A program made the position numbers and the translations under genes. The notes under the pieces were generated by a model. That model was not told where the DNA came from. It saw only the letters and a list, made by a program, of their open reading frames with translations, and made no database searches. Positions 40,622 to 50,597 of a stretch of 64,000 bases of DNA are shown piece after piece (the stretch's first letter is position 1; the number at the start of each line of letters is the position of its first letter). Origin of the DNA: Thermodesulfobacteriota bacterium (GTDB lineage: Bacteria; Desulfobacterota; Binatia; Bin18); assembly GCA_964291405.2 (NCBI GenBank), contig OZ219926.1, positions 2,336,001 to 2,400,000 of the forward strand, written 5' to 3'.

Positions 40622-42964
40622 TTAGATACGGCCATAACGATCTCGTAAGCGCTGGCGGACAACTTCCGCCGCGGTATTGACCAAAAACGTTAAAATAAAG
40701 AGGAGCAGGGCGGCCAGGAAGAGGACGCGGTAGAGCGTCCCGCCGTGAGGCGCTTCCGGGATTTCCACCGCGATATTCGCCGATAAGGCACGGAAGCCGG
40801 TAAAGGGATCAAAGTCCATGACGGGCGTATTACCGGTGGCCATCAGGACAATCATGGTTTCCCCGACTGCTCGTCCGAAGCCGATCATGATGGCCGAGAA
40901 CACACCGGGGCTGGCCGTTGGCAGCACGACCCGCAGGGCCGTTTGCCAGCGCGTCGCCCCCAGCGCTAACGAGCCGGAAATCAGATGCTGGGGAACGTTG
41001 GAAAAGGCGTCCTCACAGATAGTGTAGATAATCGGGATGACGGCAAAACCCATGGCAAAACCCACAATCAGGGAGTTGCGGGGGTCGTACCGCACCCCGG
41101 TGGTGTCGTACAGCCATTGGGGGAAATCACCGGCGAAAAAGGCGGCCTCAAGCGGAGTGTTGAGCACGACACAGATGTAGATGGAGAGCATGAGCAGCGG
41201 GGCCAGGAACAGGAGTTCAGCACCCGGTTTCAGGCTGCTGCGAAAGCCGAGGGGCAGCAGCCGCCAGGCAAATGACGCACCCAGGGTCACCAAGGGCATC
41301 ACGATAAACATCAGCAGCATGGCCGGCACCATATCGGCCACCAGGGGCGCCAGCCACAGACCGGCAAAAAAGCCGAGCACGACGCTGGGCAGGGCGGCCA
41401 TCACCTCGACCGAGGGCTTGACTATATTGCGCAGCCGCGGATGCATGAACTGTGAGGTATACATCGCGCCGCACAGACTGAGGGGAATGGCTAACAGCAG
41501 GGCGTAAAATGTTCCTTTCAAGGTCCCGTAGGCCAGTGGGGAAAGGCTGAATTTCGGCTCAAAATCGTCCGTTCCACTGCTGGACTGCCAGGTATAGTCT
41601 GGGGCGTCATAGCCCTCGTACCATATCTTTCCGAACAGAGAGGAAAAGGTGATCTCCGGATGGGGATTATCAACCGTCCAGTTGTACAACTGGCCTTCTT
41701 GATTGAGAGCGATGATACCATTTGTCCGTGGGGCATAGGCGAGCTGGGTAATCGGGCTGCTGGCTGTGTCGCGGCTCAAAATGGTGGTTTCGGTGGTTGA
41801 ATACTGGATGCGGACCGTGCCGCTGGTATCGCCGGTCACAAAGCCTTTATTCCGTGGAGAGGGAGAGATGGTCGTAATAGGTGCGTCGTGGGACTGCATC
41901 ACATGAATTTCACGGAAGGGAAGTTCGGCCGGATTGTCCTGATCGCGCACCTGGAACCAGACACTCACCCCCCCGGCGTCATCTCCCATAACGAGAGAGC
42001 GGTCGCCAATCAACCAGGCCATTGCCCGGACGGGAGCCCGCCCTTGACCTCGTAAGCGCGGCTTGACCTGGGGCGCAGCGGCGTCGCGAATATCCCAATG
42101 GATCACCTCACCGGTTTCTAGTGCGGCAAACAGGTTTCGCTGTTCTGCATCTAACGTCAACGCCGTCGCGTTCGCATCCAGCGCCGCTGAGAGCTCTGCG
42201 CGGTGTTCCGATACCTGCGTCTCGCCCAAGAATGATTCTTCGACTGTTCGAGACAGGAAGAGGAGGGTGCGTGGGCCGAGCAGGGCGGCCAGTGTCATCT
42301 TCTCCTCGTCTTCGCTGGTACTCTGGTAGGTCAGAGCCTGAATAGCGCGGCCTTGTGGGTCGAGGACAATCGCCTCATCTTCCATAACCTGAGGCGTGCT
42401 GATGCGGGTCTTGCCCTCGAACGAGACCGGGAAGGAAATCGTCAGGGGAACAGCGATACCGTCCGCGGTTCCGAGCACGGCGGTGTGCGTCAGGTTACGA
42501 TAGTGCACCGCGGTGATCCGCCGCCCCTGCAGGGCTTGGATTTCATACCGTTGGAGGAGTTGGTTGTCCGCGAGGGACAGAAAATCAACCGTTCCCGCCT
42601 GGGTAATAGTGTAGGCGATTTCTCGATACTCATCGATGCCCAGCGCGAGGACATTCGTATGGGGCCCACTGCCAACCAGGTCGGTCAGCGGAATTGGCGG
42701 GGTCTCAAGCTCCGCAGTAGGTACCTTCCAGAGGGGTAAGGTTTCGGCCACGATCACAAAAAGAATCGCGGCGATGCTCAGAATCACGGCAAAGCCACCA
42801 CCGGTGATCAGAATAGTCGCAGCCTTATCAACCAGCTTTTTCCGCTGGAGTCGGCTTTTATCCTCGGTCGCCGAGAGACGGACACCGACCGGCTGCGCTC
42901 CGTTTGCGGCCGGTAGCGATGACGGTTGGGAGGGACGTTCCTGCGTCTCCGGCATGATAGACAT
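40622..42964 (-). CDS. pstC: Phosphate ABC transporter permease with a large periplasmic beta-rich domain
   Basis: WQSSSG.D.FEPKFSL, RAVGETMIVLMATGN. Confidence 0.94.
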   Translation of the reverse strand: MSIMPETQERPSQPSSLPAANGAQPVGVRLSATEDKSRLQRKKLVDKAATILITGGGFAVILSIAAILFVIVAETLPLWKVPTAELETPPIPLTDLVGSGPHTNVLALGIDEYREIAYTITQAGTVDFLSLADNQLLQRYEIQALQGRRITAVHYRNLTHTAVLGTADGIAVPLTISFPVSFEGKTRISTPQVMEDEAIVLDPQGRAIQALTYQSTSEDEEKMTLAALLGPRTLLFLSRTVEESFLGETQVSEHRAELSAALDANATALTLDAEQRNLFAALETGEVIHWDIRDAAAPQVKPRLRGQGRAPVRAMAWLIGDRSLVMGDDAGGVSVWFQVRDQDNPAELPFREIHVMQSHDAPITTISPSPRNKGFVTGDTSGTVRIQYSTTETTILSRDTASSPITQLAYAPRTNGIIALNQEGQLYNWTVDNPHPEITFSSLFGKIWYEGYDAPDYTWQSSSGTDDFEPKFSLSPLAYGTLKGTFYALLLAIPLSLCGAMYTSQFMHPRLRNIVKPSVEVMAALPSVVLGFFAGLWLAPLVADMVPAMLLMFIVMPLVTLGASFAWRLLPLGFRSSLKPGAELLFLAPLLMLSIYICVVLNTPLEAAFFAGDFPQWLYDTTGVRYDPRNSLIVGFAMGFAVIPIIYTICEDAFSNVPQHLISGSLALGATRWQTALRVVLPTASPGVFSAIMIGFGRAVGETMIVLMATGNTPVMDFDPFTGFRALSANIAVEIPEAPHGGTLYRVLFLAALLLFILTFLVNTAAEVVRQRLRDRYGRI

Positions 42965-43002
42965 ACCTTATGCTATTCTGCGAACAGGGCAAGCGGTGAA
43001 CA

Positions 43003-43032
43003 CAGACGGGCGGGAGGGCCTCCGCCCGTCTG
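43003..43032 (-). terminator. GC-rich hairpin between pstS and pstC (mRNA stabiliser or partial terminator)
   Basis: CAGACGGGCGG/CCGCCCGTCTG 11-bp stem. Confidence 0.55.
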
Positions 43033-43049
43033 CTATTTCATCCTGGTAC

Positions 43050-43104
43050 AAAAAGGAAACGTGTCCGGCATCATACATGCTATTGGAGGACACATTTCCT
43101 TTTT
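43050..43104. repeat. 54-bp palindromic element, copy 7
   Basis: AAAAAGGAAACGTGTCC...GGACACATTTCCTTTTT. Confidence 0.88.
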
Positions 43105-43128
43105 CGAAGGTACGCGTGAGAAGAGCGC

Positions 43129-44097
43129 TTATTCCAAGGCCGCTCGATCTTCATTCACCAGCTTGGCAGACATTGGATAGTAGCCGTCCTTGACCACGAT
43201 CTCTTGTCCTTCCTTGCTCAGGACAAACTTGAGAAATTCCTTAGTCAGGGGGTCGAGCGCCTTGTTCGGTTCCTTGTTCACATAGACAAACAGGAAGCGG
43301 GATAAGGGATACTGACCGCTGGCCACATTCTCGTACGTGGGCTCGACATAATCACTGCCTTCTTTGACTAGCGGGATGGCACGTACGCCAGAGGTCGTGT
43401 AGCCAATACCGCTGTAGCCGGCCCCTTTTCTGTCCTCACTCACGCCTTGGACTACAGAGGCCGAGCCCGGCTGCTCTTTCACCGTATCCTTGTAGTCGCC
43501 CTTGCACAGCGCGACCTTCTTGAAGAAGCCGTAGGTGCCCGAGGCGGAATTACGACCGTACAGGCTGATCGGCGCTGAGGCCCAGTTACCGCTCAGGCCC
43601 AGGTCGCCCCAGGTGGCGGTATCCAGAGTCGCGCCGCATTTGCGGTTTTTCGAGAACAGGGCATCGACCTGCTGAATGTTGAGCCCCTGGATCGGATTAT
43701 CCTTATTGACAAAGACGGCCAGTGAGTCGAGCGAGGTCCGAACCGGAGTCGGTTTGTAGCCGAACTTCTTCTCAAACTCGTCCGTCTCTTTGCTCTTCAT
43801 GGCACGGGACATGGGACCGAGTTGGGCCGTGGCTTCAATCAACGCCGGCGGGGCGGTGCTTGAGCCTTTGCCTTCGATCTGGACGTTCACGTTGGGATAG
43901 ACTTTTTTAAACCCTTCGGCCCACAGGGTCATCAGGTTGTTGAGCGTATCTGAACCGATGCTGTTCAGGTTGCCCGAGATGCCGCTGACCTTTTCATAAC
44001 TGGGCAGGTCGGCGTCGACCTGAATCGTCTGGGCGCTTGCCACCGAGGCGCTCAGCGCCAGGGCTCCACACAGGGCCAGTAGTTTTCGCATTTTCAT
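43129..44097 (-). CDS. pstS: Phosphate-binding protein
   Basis: Signal peptide; [25 protein letters not shown]. Confidence 0.96.
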   Translation of the reverse strand: MKMRKLLALCGALALSASVASAQTIQVDADLPSYEKVSGISGNLNSIGSDTLNNLMTLWAEGFKKVYPNVNVQIEGKGSSTAPPALIEATAQLGPMSRAMKSKETDEFEKKFGYKPTPVRTSLDSLAVFVNKDNPIQGLNIQQVDALFSKNRKCGATLDTATWGDLGLSGNWASAPISLYGRNSASGTYGFFKKVALCKGDYKDTVKEQPGSASVVQGVSEDRKGAGYSGIGYTTSGVRAIPLVKEGSDYVEPTYENVASGQYPLSRFLFVYVNKEPNKALDPLTKEFLKFVLSKEGQEIVVKDGYYPMSAKLVNEDRAALE

Positions 44098-44121
44098 ACT
44101 CTCTCCTCCATAGGGATTACT

Positions 44122-45537
44122 TTAGAAATCGACCATGAAGCGCGCCTGGACGATATCGGCATCGCCGCAGTGGTCACCCATGTCGCCTTTGTAATAACAG
44201 TCATCTTCATCCAACATCGCGCGCACATAGTTGAGCATAAAGCGCATGTTAGGGTTGAGATACCAGTTGACGCCAAAGGTGAAGTTGCTCAGCTCGCCGC
44301 CGTTCATGTCTTCGTCGTTCAGGTCTAGCATGGAGTAGCGGGCCGCGAGTTCCAACGCCCCGTAGCCGCCCTTCCAGTCGAAATTGTTCTTGGGCTTGAC
44401 CCGGTCGAACGCTCCATTCGAGGTCTTGTAGGCCCGATGCTCTCCGGTCAGGAAGAAACTGCCGAAGACGTAAAACCCGTCATAGTGGATGTCGTCTCCC
44501 GAGGGTCGGTCAACCAAGGCGCTCATCCACTCGAACTGCACCGAGGCCGGGCCGTATACCAGCGCCACTTCGGGGTTGAAGTAGTCCACGTCCTCGATGT
44601 GAAACTTCGGGGTTTCTACGAACCGGGGGCCGAGATGCGCTTCGGGCCGTTGACGCCACCGAATCCTGTTGCCCTTGTCGTGGAACGCGTGCCGGTATGA
44701 CAGTCCGAGGTGGAGGAGCTGTCGGCCCTTTTCCTGATACCAGGGCAGGGTCGTAAACCGGGTCGTGGCATTGTAGACCCCGCTGTTGCCGAAGGTCGTG
44801 CTGGTGTCGGCCGGATTGCCTTCCCGGAAAAAACCGAACGCCGCGGTAGCGCGCTTATCCAGAAAGGCCCGGTTCAAGCGCACACCGAGGTTACGACCGC
44901 TGGAGAATACATTGGGCAGCGAGCGCTCCATAAAGGTAAGGTATTTACTGCTATTCAGTTCTTCGAGCGAGAACGGCTCCTTGAAATGGCCGACCGTGAA
45001 GTTCCCGGCCATCGGGACTTTCTTGATCTGGATATAGGCATCTTTGAACGGGTCGGAGCTGGCAAAGTCGTACTGAAATTTGTACTTGATGTTGCCGTAG
45101 ACGCTGCCTTCCATGAAGAAGCGTGCCCGCCGGAACTCCGTGCCATCGCCGATTCGGCCAAACTGTCGCCGAATCTTCTTGTCCGTGCTGTAGACGGCCC
45201 AGTCGTTCTGGATTCGACCGCCGACCTTCAGCTTGAATTTGCCGTCGGCCGAGTCGAGCCGCAGCCCGCTCTTCCAGTAGGCGGCCAGAAAATTCTTCTT
45301 GCCGACGTTTTTCTCTAAGCCTTCGACCTTTTGAGTCAGGTCCGAGGCGGCCGCAACCTTCTCATCCTCGGCTTGGGCCTTAATCATCAGATCGCGGTAC
45401 TGCTCCTCGCTGATCTGCCCATTGGCTTTCAGAATATCCAGGATTTCTGCGGCCACATTCTTGGCCTGGGCTGGTCGTGCCAGCAGCAGCCCGGCCGCAA
45501 CAAGGCCGACGCAGAACGCTAATCCCAATCGTCTCAT
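44122..45537 (-). CDS. Phosphate-selective porin OprO/OprP family
   Basis: EFRRAR, G.FKEPFSLEEL.SS....FMER, GVNWYLN; first gene of the pst operon. Confidence 0.93.
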   Translation of the reverse strand: MRRLGLAFCVGLVAAGLLLARPAQAKNVAAEILDILKANGQISEEQYRDLMIKAQAEDEKVAAASDLTQKVEGLEKNVGKKNFLAAYWKSGLRLDSADGKFKLKVGGRIQNDWAVYSTDKKIRRQFGRIGDGTEFRRARFFMEGSVYGNIKYKFQYDFASSDPFKDAYIQIKKVPMAGNFTVGHFKEPFSLEELNSSKYLTFMERSLPNVFSSGRNLGVRLNRAFLDKRATAAFGFFREGNPADTSTTFGNSGVYNATTRFTTLPWYQEKGRQLLHLGLSYRHAFHDKGNRIRWRQRPEAHLGPRFVETPKFHIEDVDYFNPEVALVYGPASVQFEWMSALVDRPSGDDIHYDGFYVFGSFFLTGEHRAYKTSNGAFDRVKPKNNFDWKGGYGALELAARYSMLDLNDEDMNGGELSNFTFGVNWYLNPNMRFMLNYVRAMLDEDDCYYKGDMGDHCGDADIVQARFMVDF

Positions 45538-45662
45538 ATGGTATGTCTCCTCCTCCAGTGTTGAATTCCTGCTCTGACGTTTCTCCAGTACCTCGGTTGA
45601 CGCATGACTTCTTCTATACCATTTCCGCAGATCACCCCCTCTCGTGCGGGCCAGAGATGAGC

Positions 45663-45718
45663 AGGGTAGGTTCGGGCTGTTACAAGAAAGTGACAGGGCC
45701 GTTATGAATGTGTGAAAA
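45663..45718 (-). promoter_or_regulatory. Pho-box promoter of the oprP-pst-pho operon
   Basis: TTTTCAC, TCATAAC, CTGTCAC, TTGTAAC at an 11-nt period, then 10 nt, then -10 TACCCT. Confidence 0.85.
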
Positions 45719-45801
45719 TCCAGGTCGGGTACGTATCGACGAGGCTAGAGCAAAATTCACATTAGTGTAGCGTCCACCGGCCTCCGCGCGTTGCCCGATA
45801 A

Positions 45802-45853
45802 GTCGGGGGCGCCCTGCGCACCGGGGCAAGGTGGTGCATGGGATGCACCCGAC
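45802..45853. repeat. GTAG-type REP doublet
   Basis: GTCGGGGGCGCCCTGCGCACC ... GGTGCATGGGATGCACCCGAC in inverted arrangement. Confidence 0.6.
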
Positions 45854-45896
45854 GGAACTCTGGAGAGCACCTCGCTACACCACGGAGGAAACTGCT

Positions 45897-46310
45897 CTAG
45901 CCGATTGCCTGACAGCCTGCGGGTATTGGCTTGTTCAAAGCGAGGGAGAGCTGGTGGTGGACAAGCCGACAGAGTTCGGAAATGGAAAATGGCTTGCCTA
46001 AACAGTAGTGTACGCCGCTGTGTTGCAGTTCTTTTTGCTGCCGCTGAGAAGCAAGGGCGCTCACCACGATAATCGGCACCTGACGGACGCGCGCATCCGA
46101 ATGCCGGCGGATATATTCGAGGACCTGCCAGCCGCTTTTCAGCGGCAGCAGGAGGTCTAAGGTCACCAGGTCGGGCCCAAAGGATTCAACCCGTGCGCAG
46201 GCCTGCTCTCCATCTTCGGCGATTTCGACGCAGGAGCCCGCTTGCTCGAGATTATAGGCGATCAGGTGAGCGATACTGGGCTCATCCTCCACGACCAGAA
46301 CTTTTTTCAA
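45897..46310 (-). CDS. Single-domain response regulator receiver
   Basis: VLVVEDE, DLLLP, VSA, KPF; TTG start with an AAGGAAGG SD. Confidence 0.88.
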   Translation of the reverse strand: MKKVLVVEDEPSIAHLIAYNLEQAGSCVEIAEDGEQACARVESFGPDLVTLDLLLPLKSGWQVLEYIRRHSDARVRQVPIIVVSALASQRQQKELQHSGVHYCLGKPFSISELCRLVHHQLSLALNKPIPAGCQAIG

Positions 46311-46341
46311 CAGGGCGTTCCTTCCTTACGGTCAGAGGGGG

Positions 46342-46386
46342 ACAGTAGGAATGTGAGATTGCAGGAATATGACAAGCCTGTGAAGA
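46342..46386 (-). promoter_or_regulatory. Pho-box promoter of the receiver-domain gene
   Basis: TCTTCAC, TTGTCAT, CTGCAAT at an 11-nt period, then 10 nt, then -10 TACTGT. Confidence 0.65.
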
Positions 46387-46397
46387 AGTAATGGTTT

Positions 46398-47657
46398 TCA
46401 ATGCGACTGCGCGGTGGTTTGTCTTTCCTGGGGTGATACTCCCTGAGCGGATTGGAGGGTAGAAGCGGGGGCGGTCGAAGCAAACCATCCCTCGGTGCGC
46501 TGGCAGAAGCGCACCAGCAGCAGCATTACCGGGACCTCGATGAGCACGCCCACAACGGTCGCCAGGGCGGCTCCGGATGACAGCCCAAACAGCATGGTTG
46601 CCGTGGCAATGGCTACCTCGAAATGGTTGGAGGCACCAATGAGCGCAGTTGGGGCCGCATTCTGGTACGACAGTCTGAGGACTCTGGCCAGCCCGTAGGC
46701 CAGGGCGAACACCAGGACGGTTTGAATGAAGAGAGGAATCGCAATCCAGACAATCATCAGCGGATTGGACAGAATCATTTCGCCTTTGAGGGAGAACAGC
46801 AGGACCAGGGTGATGAGCAGGGCGCTAATAGTGACCGGCGTGAGAAAGTGGAGAAACCGCTCGCGGAACCATTGCTCACCTTTGGTCCGCATAATCCACT
46901 GACGAGAGCAATAGCCCGCCACCAGCGGCAGGGCGACATACACGCCAATGGACAGCAGCAGGGCTTGCCAGGGGACGGGCAGACGGCCGATTCCGAGCAA
47001 CACATCGCCCAGCACGCCGTACAGGACAAGCATGGTCAGAGAGTTCAGCGCGACCATGACCAGCGTCAGACCGTCATTCCCCTTGGCCAGATAGCCCCAA
47101 ACCAGGACCATGGCCGTACAAGGCGCGATGCCGAGCAGGATACAGCCGGCCAGATAGCTGCGCCACAGCGGCACCTCCAACATCTTGACGCCGTCTATCA
47201 ACACGACGGTTCCAGAGCCGTAGAGCGAGCCGACCGGCAGATTGAGACCGAACGGCATCTTGACGTGGTCAACGGCATCCGGGCCGATCACATCGAGAAA
47301 GAAGGTCCCGAGAAAAAGCACGGCAATTGCATACATGGTGAAGGGCTTGATGGCCCAATTGACAAACAGGGTGAGTCCGACCGGACGGACGCTCTTCCCC
47401 GCTCGAATGACCTCGGCAAAGTCGATTTTGACCATGATCGGGTACATCATGAAGAACAGACAGATCGCGATCGGAATCGAGACCACCGGCGCATCGCCGA
47501 CATACAGGGAGAGCCCGTCGAGAAAGGTCGCCATACCTGGTGCGACACTCCCCAGGCCGATGCCTGCGGCAATGCACAACAGGACCCAGACGGTCAGGTA
47601 GCGCTCAAAGACACTCAGCCCCTGCGACGGCTTGAACGGAGATGGTTTGGTGGCCAT
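46398..47657 (-). CDS. acr3: Acr3 family arsenite efflux transporter
   Basis: [47 protein letters not shown]. Confidence 0.96.
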   Translation of the reverse strand: MATKPSPFKPSQGLSVFERYLTVWVLLCIAAGIGLGSVAPGMATFLDGLSLYVGDAPVVSIPIAICLFFMMYPIMVKIDFAEVIRAGKSVRPVGLTLFVNWAIKPFTMYAIAVLFLGTFFLDVIGPDAVDHVKMPFGLNLPVGSLYGSGTVVLIDGVKMLEVPLWRSYLAGCILLGIAPCTAMVLVWGYLAKGNDGLTLVMVALNSLTMLVLYGVLGDVLLGIGRLPVPWQALLLSIGVYVALPLVAGYCSRQWIMRTKGEQWFRERFLHFLTPVTISALLITLVLLFSLKGEMILSNPLMIVWIAIPLFIQTVLVFALAYGLARVLRLSYQNAAPTALIGASNHFEVAIATATMLFGLSSGAALATVVGVLIEVPVMLLLVRFCQRTEGWFASTAPASTLQSAQGVSPQERQTTAQSH

Positions 47658-47729
47658 GGGTATCCTCTCTCCTAAAAGAAGACAGAGTTCGCGGGAAGAA
47701 TTCGGACCATGTGACCTAAGCCAAAGAAT

Positions 47730-47769
47730 ATGACACTGACATTACAGAGCAAAGACATCTGCATGAACT
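47730..47769 (-). promoter_or_regulatory. Pho boxes upstream of acr3
   Basis: AGTTCAT, ATGTCTT, CTGTAAT, GTGTCAT at an exact 11-nt period. Confidence 0.7.
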
Positions 47770-47812
47770 GTGCATATTCTCAGTATTGAGAGTATGCGCG
47801 GACCACAGGTGG

Positions 47813-48544
47813 TTATGCGCAGCACGCGAGGTCTTCCTCGCGACGTTCCGTTGGTCCACAGCAAGCTGTTCCGGATTGTTTTTTCGCGAGTTGGCCAAGA
47901 TACGTTGTGTCCGCCAAGTAAAATGCGGTAAATCGGCTCTCAAAATCCTCAGCGACCGACTTTTCGGCAATACCTGTTGCCAGTATGGCTTCCTGCCATT
48001 GCTTCACTTTTGGAAACGCTCCGAGAAAGTCGAAGTCCGTATAGCGCTCGATAAGCGCGGCGCGATGGAGCAAGGGCAGCCAGGCGATATCCACCATGCC
48101 CAGGGTGTCTCCATCGAGGTATGGACCTTTCCCAAGCCGCGCTTCTATTCTTGCTTCCATTTTGGCGAAAGCCGTACCCAATGTTGCTCGGCCTTCCTCC
48201 AGTGTCCGTTCGTCCGTACTGCGTTGCGCACTGCATTGCGCCAGATAATGCTTTGACGCCAGAGAGGACCAGGCGCGGTCTTGGGCTTTCTTGACCGGGT
48301 CGTGAGCGGAAATTGGGTCTCCTGTCGTTTCGTCCAGGTATTCGACAATCGCATCGGACTCGAACAGGACCTGGTCATCATCTGTTATCAGAATCGGCAC
48401 CTGGCCGTTCGGAGAGGCTTCGAGAAACCAGGCCGGCTTCTTGCTGAGGTCGATATATTCGACATCGTACGGAACGTGCTTGGCCTCTAGCAGGGCGGTG
48501 ACACGCTGAACAAAAGGACACGTTTTAAAGCTGACAATTTTCAT
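47813..48544 (-). CDS. Glutathione S-transferase (Cys-type, omega-like) with a Cys-pair tail
   Basis: CPF active site, SPNGQVP, LFES; tail TACCGP...LACCA. Confidence 0.88.
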   Translation of the reverse strand: MKIVSFKTCPFVQRVTALLEAKHVPYDVEYIDLSKKPAWFLEASPNGQVPILITDDDQVLFESDAIVEYLDETTGDPISAHDPVKKAQDRAWSSLASKHYLAQCSAQRSTDERTLEEGRATLGTAFAKMEARIEARLGKGPYLDGDTLGMVDIAWLPLLHRAALIERYTDFDFLGAFPKVKQWQEAILATGIAEKSVAEDFESRFTAFYLADTTYLGQLAKKQSGTACCGPTERREEDLACCA

Positions 48545-48621
48545 CCGTCGCTCCTTCTCTGTTGTATATTCTCTTATACAGACGAATGAGGCAGGGCAAA
48601 GGATGCAAAATAGAGAGGAAC

Positions 48622-48723
48622 AAAAAAGGCCCGCAGGAAAAAGGAGGGGAAACCTGCGGGCCTCGATACACGCTGAGTCGGGGAGAACTCAGCTATGTAT
48701 GCGTGTGTTCATAAACAGTTATG
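48622..48723 (-). ncRNA. Candidate sRNA with two anti-SD loops
   Basis: TTCCCA-17-TATAAG promoter with TG; hairpin loops UCUCCCCG and UUUCCCCUCCUUUUU; U6 tail. Confidence 0.5.
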
Positions 48724-48816
48724 GGAACCCTTATAGCATGAACAGACAGGCTTGGGAAGATAATGCTGCCTGAATTATGCGAATCTATATTATTAGAGAA
48801 ATTGATAGGTCCATAT

Positions 48817-50214
48817 TCAGACAAATTGTAAAAACAGGGTTAAAATACCCAAAAAGGACAAAAAGCCAAAAATATCCGTGCACGCGGTGACAAACACGTT
48901 TGAGGCCACCGCCGGATCAACACCCAGGCGACGGAGGGTCAGGGGGACCATACTCCCGACAGACGCCGCAATGATTAGGTTGGCCAGCAGCGCCAGCGCC
49001 AGCACGACGCCCAGGGTGGGATCGCCCTTCCACAGGTAAGCAAGAATGCCGGCCGCGGCACCAAGAGCCAGACCATTGCCCAACGCGATGGTCAGTTCCT
49101 TGACTAACACCCGCTTGGTTTGTGTCAGTGGGACTTCACCCAGAGCAATACCCCGAACGATGACGGTAAGTGTTTGTACGCCGGCATTTCCACCCTGGGC
49201 CGCGACAATAGTCATAAAGGCCGCCGCAATGGCAATTTGCTGAATCGTTCCTTCAAAAAAGGCAATGACAAGAGCACTCAGCGTTGTGGTCACTAAATTG
49301 AGCGCCAGCCAGGGCAAACGAAGGCGGATAGACAGCCAGGGCGAGTCCAGCACTTCTTCCTCTTCATCGAGGCCGGCAAGCTTATAAATGTCTTCCGTCG
49401 CCTCCTCCTCCATGACATCAACCACGTCATCAACCGTAATACGCCCGAGTAAACATCCTTCGCTATCGACTACGGGCAGGGAAATCAGGTCATATTTTTT
49501 AAACATCTGGGCGACCTGTTCCTGATCCAGGTCCGCCCGAACCGAAATGACCTGCCGGTCCATGACGGTTTCGACGAGATCAGTCGGGCGGGCGAGAATA
49601 AACTTCCGGAGGGGGAGGACGCCGACGAGGCGATTGGTGTTACTCACGATAAAGACACTGTGGATATCCGGGATCTCATTGCTCTGACTGCGAATCATCT
49701 CAGTGGCTTGGTCGATACGCGTGCCTTGGGACACGGCCATATACTCGACCTGCATGATACCGCCGGCGGTATCCTCGGGATAACGTAAGAGTTGGGTGAC
49801 TTCGTCGGACACGTCCTGCGGCACTTCGTCGAGAACCGCTTTGGCGCGCCGCGCCGAGAGGGAGGCCAGCAAGTCCGTGGCGTCATCAGAGTCAAGATAT
49901 TCGACCAAGTCTCCTAGCCCGTCATCCGATAGGCGCTCAACGAGATCGTCTTTGGTGTGGGCGGAAACGAGACTTAAGACCTCGGCTGCCTGTGGGGCGG
50001 CCAGAAAGCCAAACACCTTGTGCTTCACCTCAGGCTCTTCCAGCACATTCAACAACTCTGCGGTGTCCGCTGGGTGCAGGGCGGCAACCCCCGTCCGCAC
50101 AATCTCGTCCTGACCCAACTCGGCCTGAATGACGAGATGTTCGAGGGAAGGCGGTTGCGGGGAGCCCTGAGGTGAGGCCGCTGCAACCGGCGGATATGTC
50201 GTCTGCGCTTCCAT
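48817..50214 (-). CDS. mgtE: Magnesium transporter
   Basis: YPEDTAGGIM, CBS pair, GRITVDD, RLPWL, GGNAGVQ, DPA; start placed at MEAQ. Confidence 0.95.
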   Translation of the reverse strand: MEAQTTYPPVAAASPQGSPQPPSLEHLVIQAELGQDEIVRTGVAALHPADTAELLNVLEEPEVKHKVFGFLAAPQAAEVLSLVSAHTKDDLVERLSDDGLGDLVEYLDSDDATDLLASLSARRAKAVLDEVPQDVSDEVTQLLRYPEDTAGGIMQVEYMAVSQGTRIDQATEMIRSQSNEIPDIHSVFIVSNTNRLVGVLPLRKFILARPTDLVETVMDRQVISVRADLDQEQVAQMFKKYDLISLPVVDSEGCLLGRITVDDVVDVMEEEATEDIYKLAGLDEEEEVLDSPWLSIRLRLPWLALNLVTTTLSALVIAFFEGTIQQIAIAAAFMTIVAAQGGNAGVQTLTVIVRGIALGEVPLTQTKRVLVKELTIALGNGLALGAAAGILAYLWKGDPTLGVVLALALLANLIIAASVGSMVPLTLRRLGVDPAVASNVFVTACTDIFGFLSFLGILTLFLQFV

Positions 50215-50229
50215 GCGTCGTCTCGCTTC

Positions 50230-50283
50230 AAAGAGGAAACGTGTCCAGCATCTCTCTATCATTGGAGAGCACGTTTCCTCTTT
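50230..50283. repeat. 54-bp palindromic element, copy 8
   Basis: AAAGAGGAAACGTGTCC...GAGCACGTTTCCTCTTT; 15 nt from the mgtE ATG. Confidence 0.9.
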
Positions 50284-50366
50284 TCGTCCGAACTGTAGCT
50301 GCCAAATCACAAAAGATGAATGGCCTCGCCTACAGTGGGAGTGACCTGAGCAGATGCGGCCCGACG

Positions 50367-50406
50367 GCGTCACACATTTTTCACCGGAGCGTCACAATGT
50401 TGTCAT
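50367..50406 (+). promoter_or_regulatory. Pho-box array 1
   Basis: GCGTCAC, TTTTCAC, GCGTCAC, TTGTCAT at an 11-nt period. Confidence 0.78.
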
Positions 50407-50431
50407 ACAACGAGGAAACATAGGGGGAAGA

Positions 50432-50512
50432 AACGCTATCCCTACCCCCCGCGCTGCCAGGGCATGTTGATCCTCCTCCCTAGGGTCGCCCGCCCCTGGC
50501 AGCGCCCCCCTT
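50432..50512 (+). ncRNA. Candidate anti-SD hairpin RNA, unit 1
   Basis: AACGCTATCCCTACCCCCC leader; GCGCTGCCAGGG/CCCTGGCAGCGC stem; loop TCCTCCCTA. Confidence 0.55.
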
Positions 50513-50548
50513 AGTGTCTTGAACTCTTATGCTGCACGAATAACCGGA

Positions 50549-50593
50549 CTGTCATTGAGCTGTCACTCAGGTGTAAAATCTCCCCGATAAGAT
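50549..50593 (+). promoter_or_regulatory. Pho-box promoter 2
   Basis: CTGTCAT, CTGTCAC, GTGTAAA at an 11-nt period, then exactly 10 nt, then -10 TAAGAT. Confidence 0.85.
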
Positions 50594-50597
50594 AGAG

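Noticed and set aside
23174-47675. Long antisense ORFs (e.g. 23174-24166, 30352-31287, 32545-33504, 36448-37404, 46623-47675)
   Set aside because: Shadow frames of well-supported genes in GC-rich DNA, with no recognisable motifs.
48522-48535. GGACACGTTT match to the 54-bp element inside the GST gene
   Set aside because: Only about 10 nt, no second arm, and it encodes the conserved TCPF motif.
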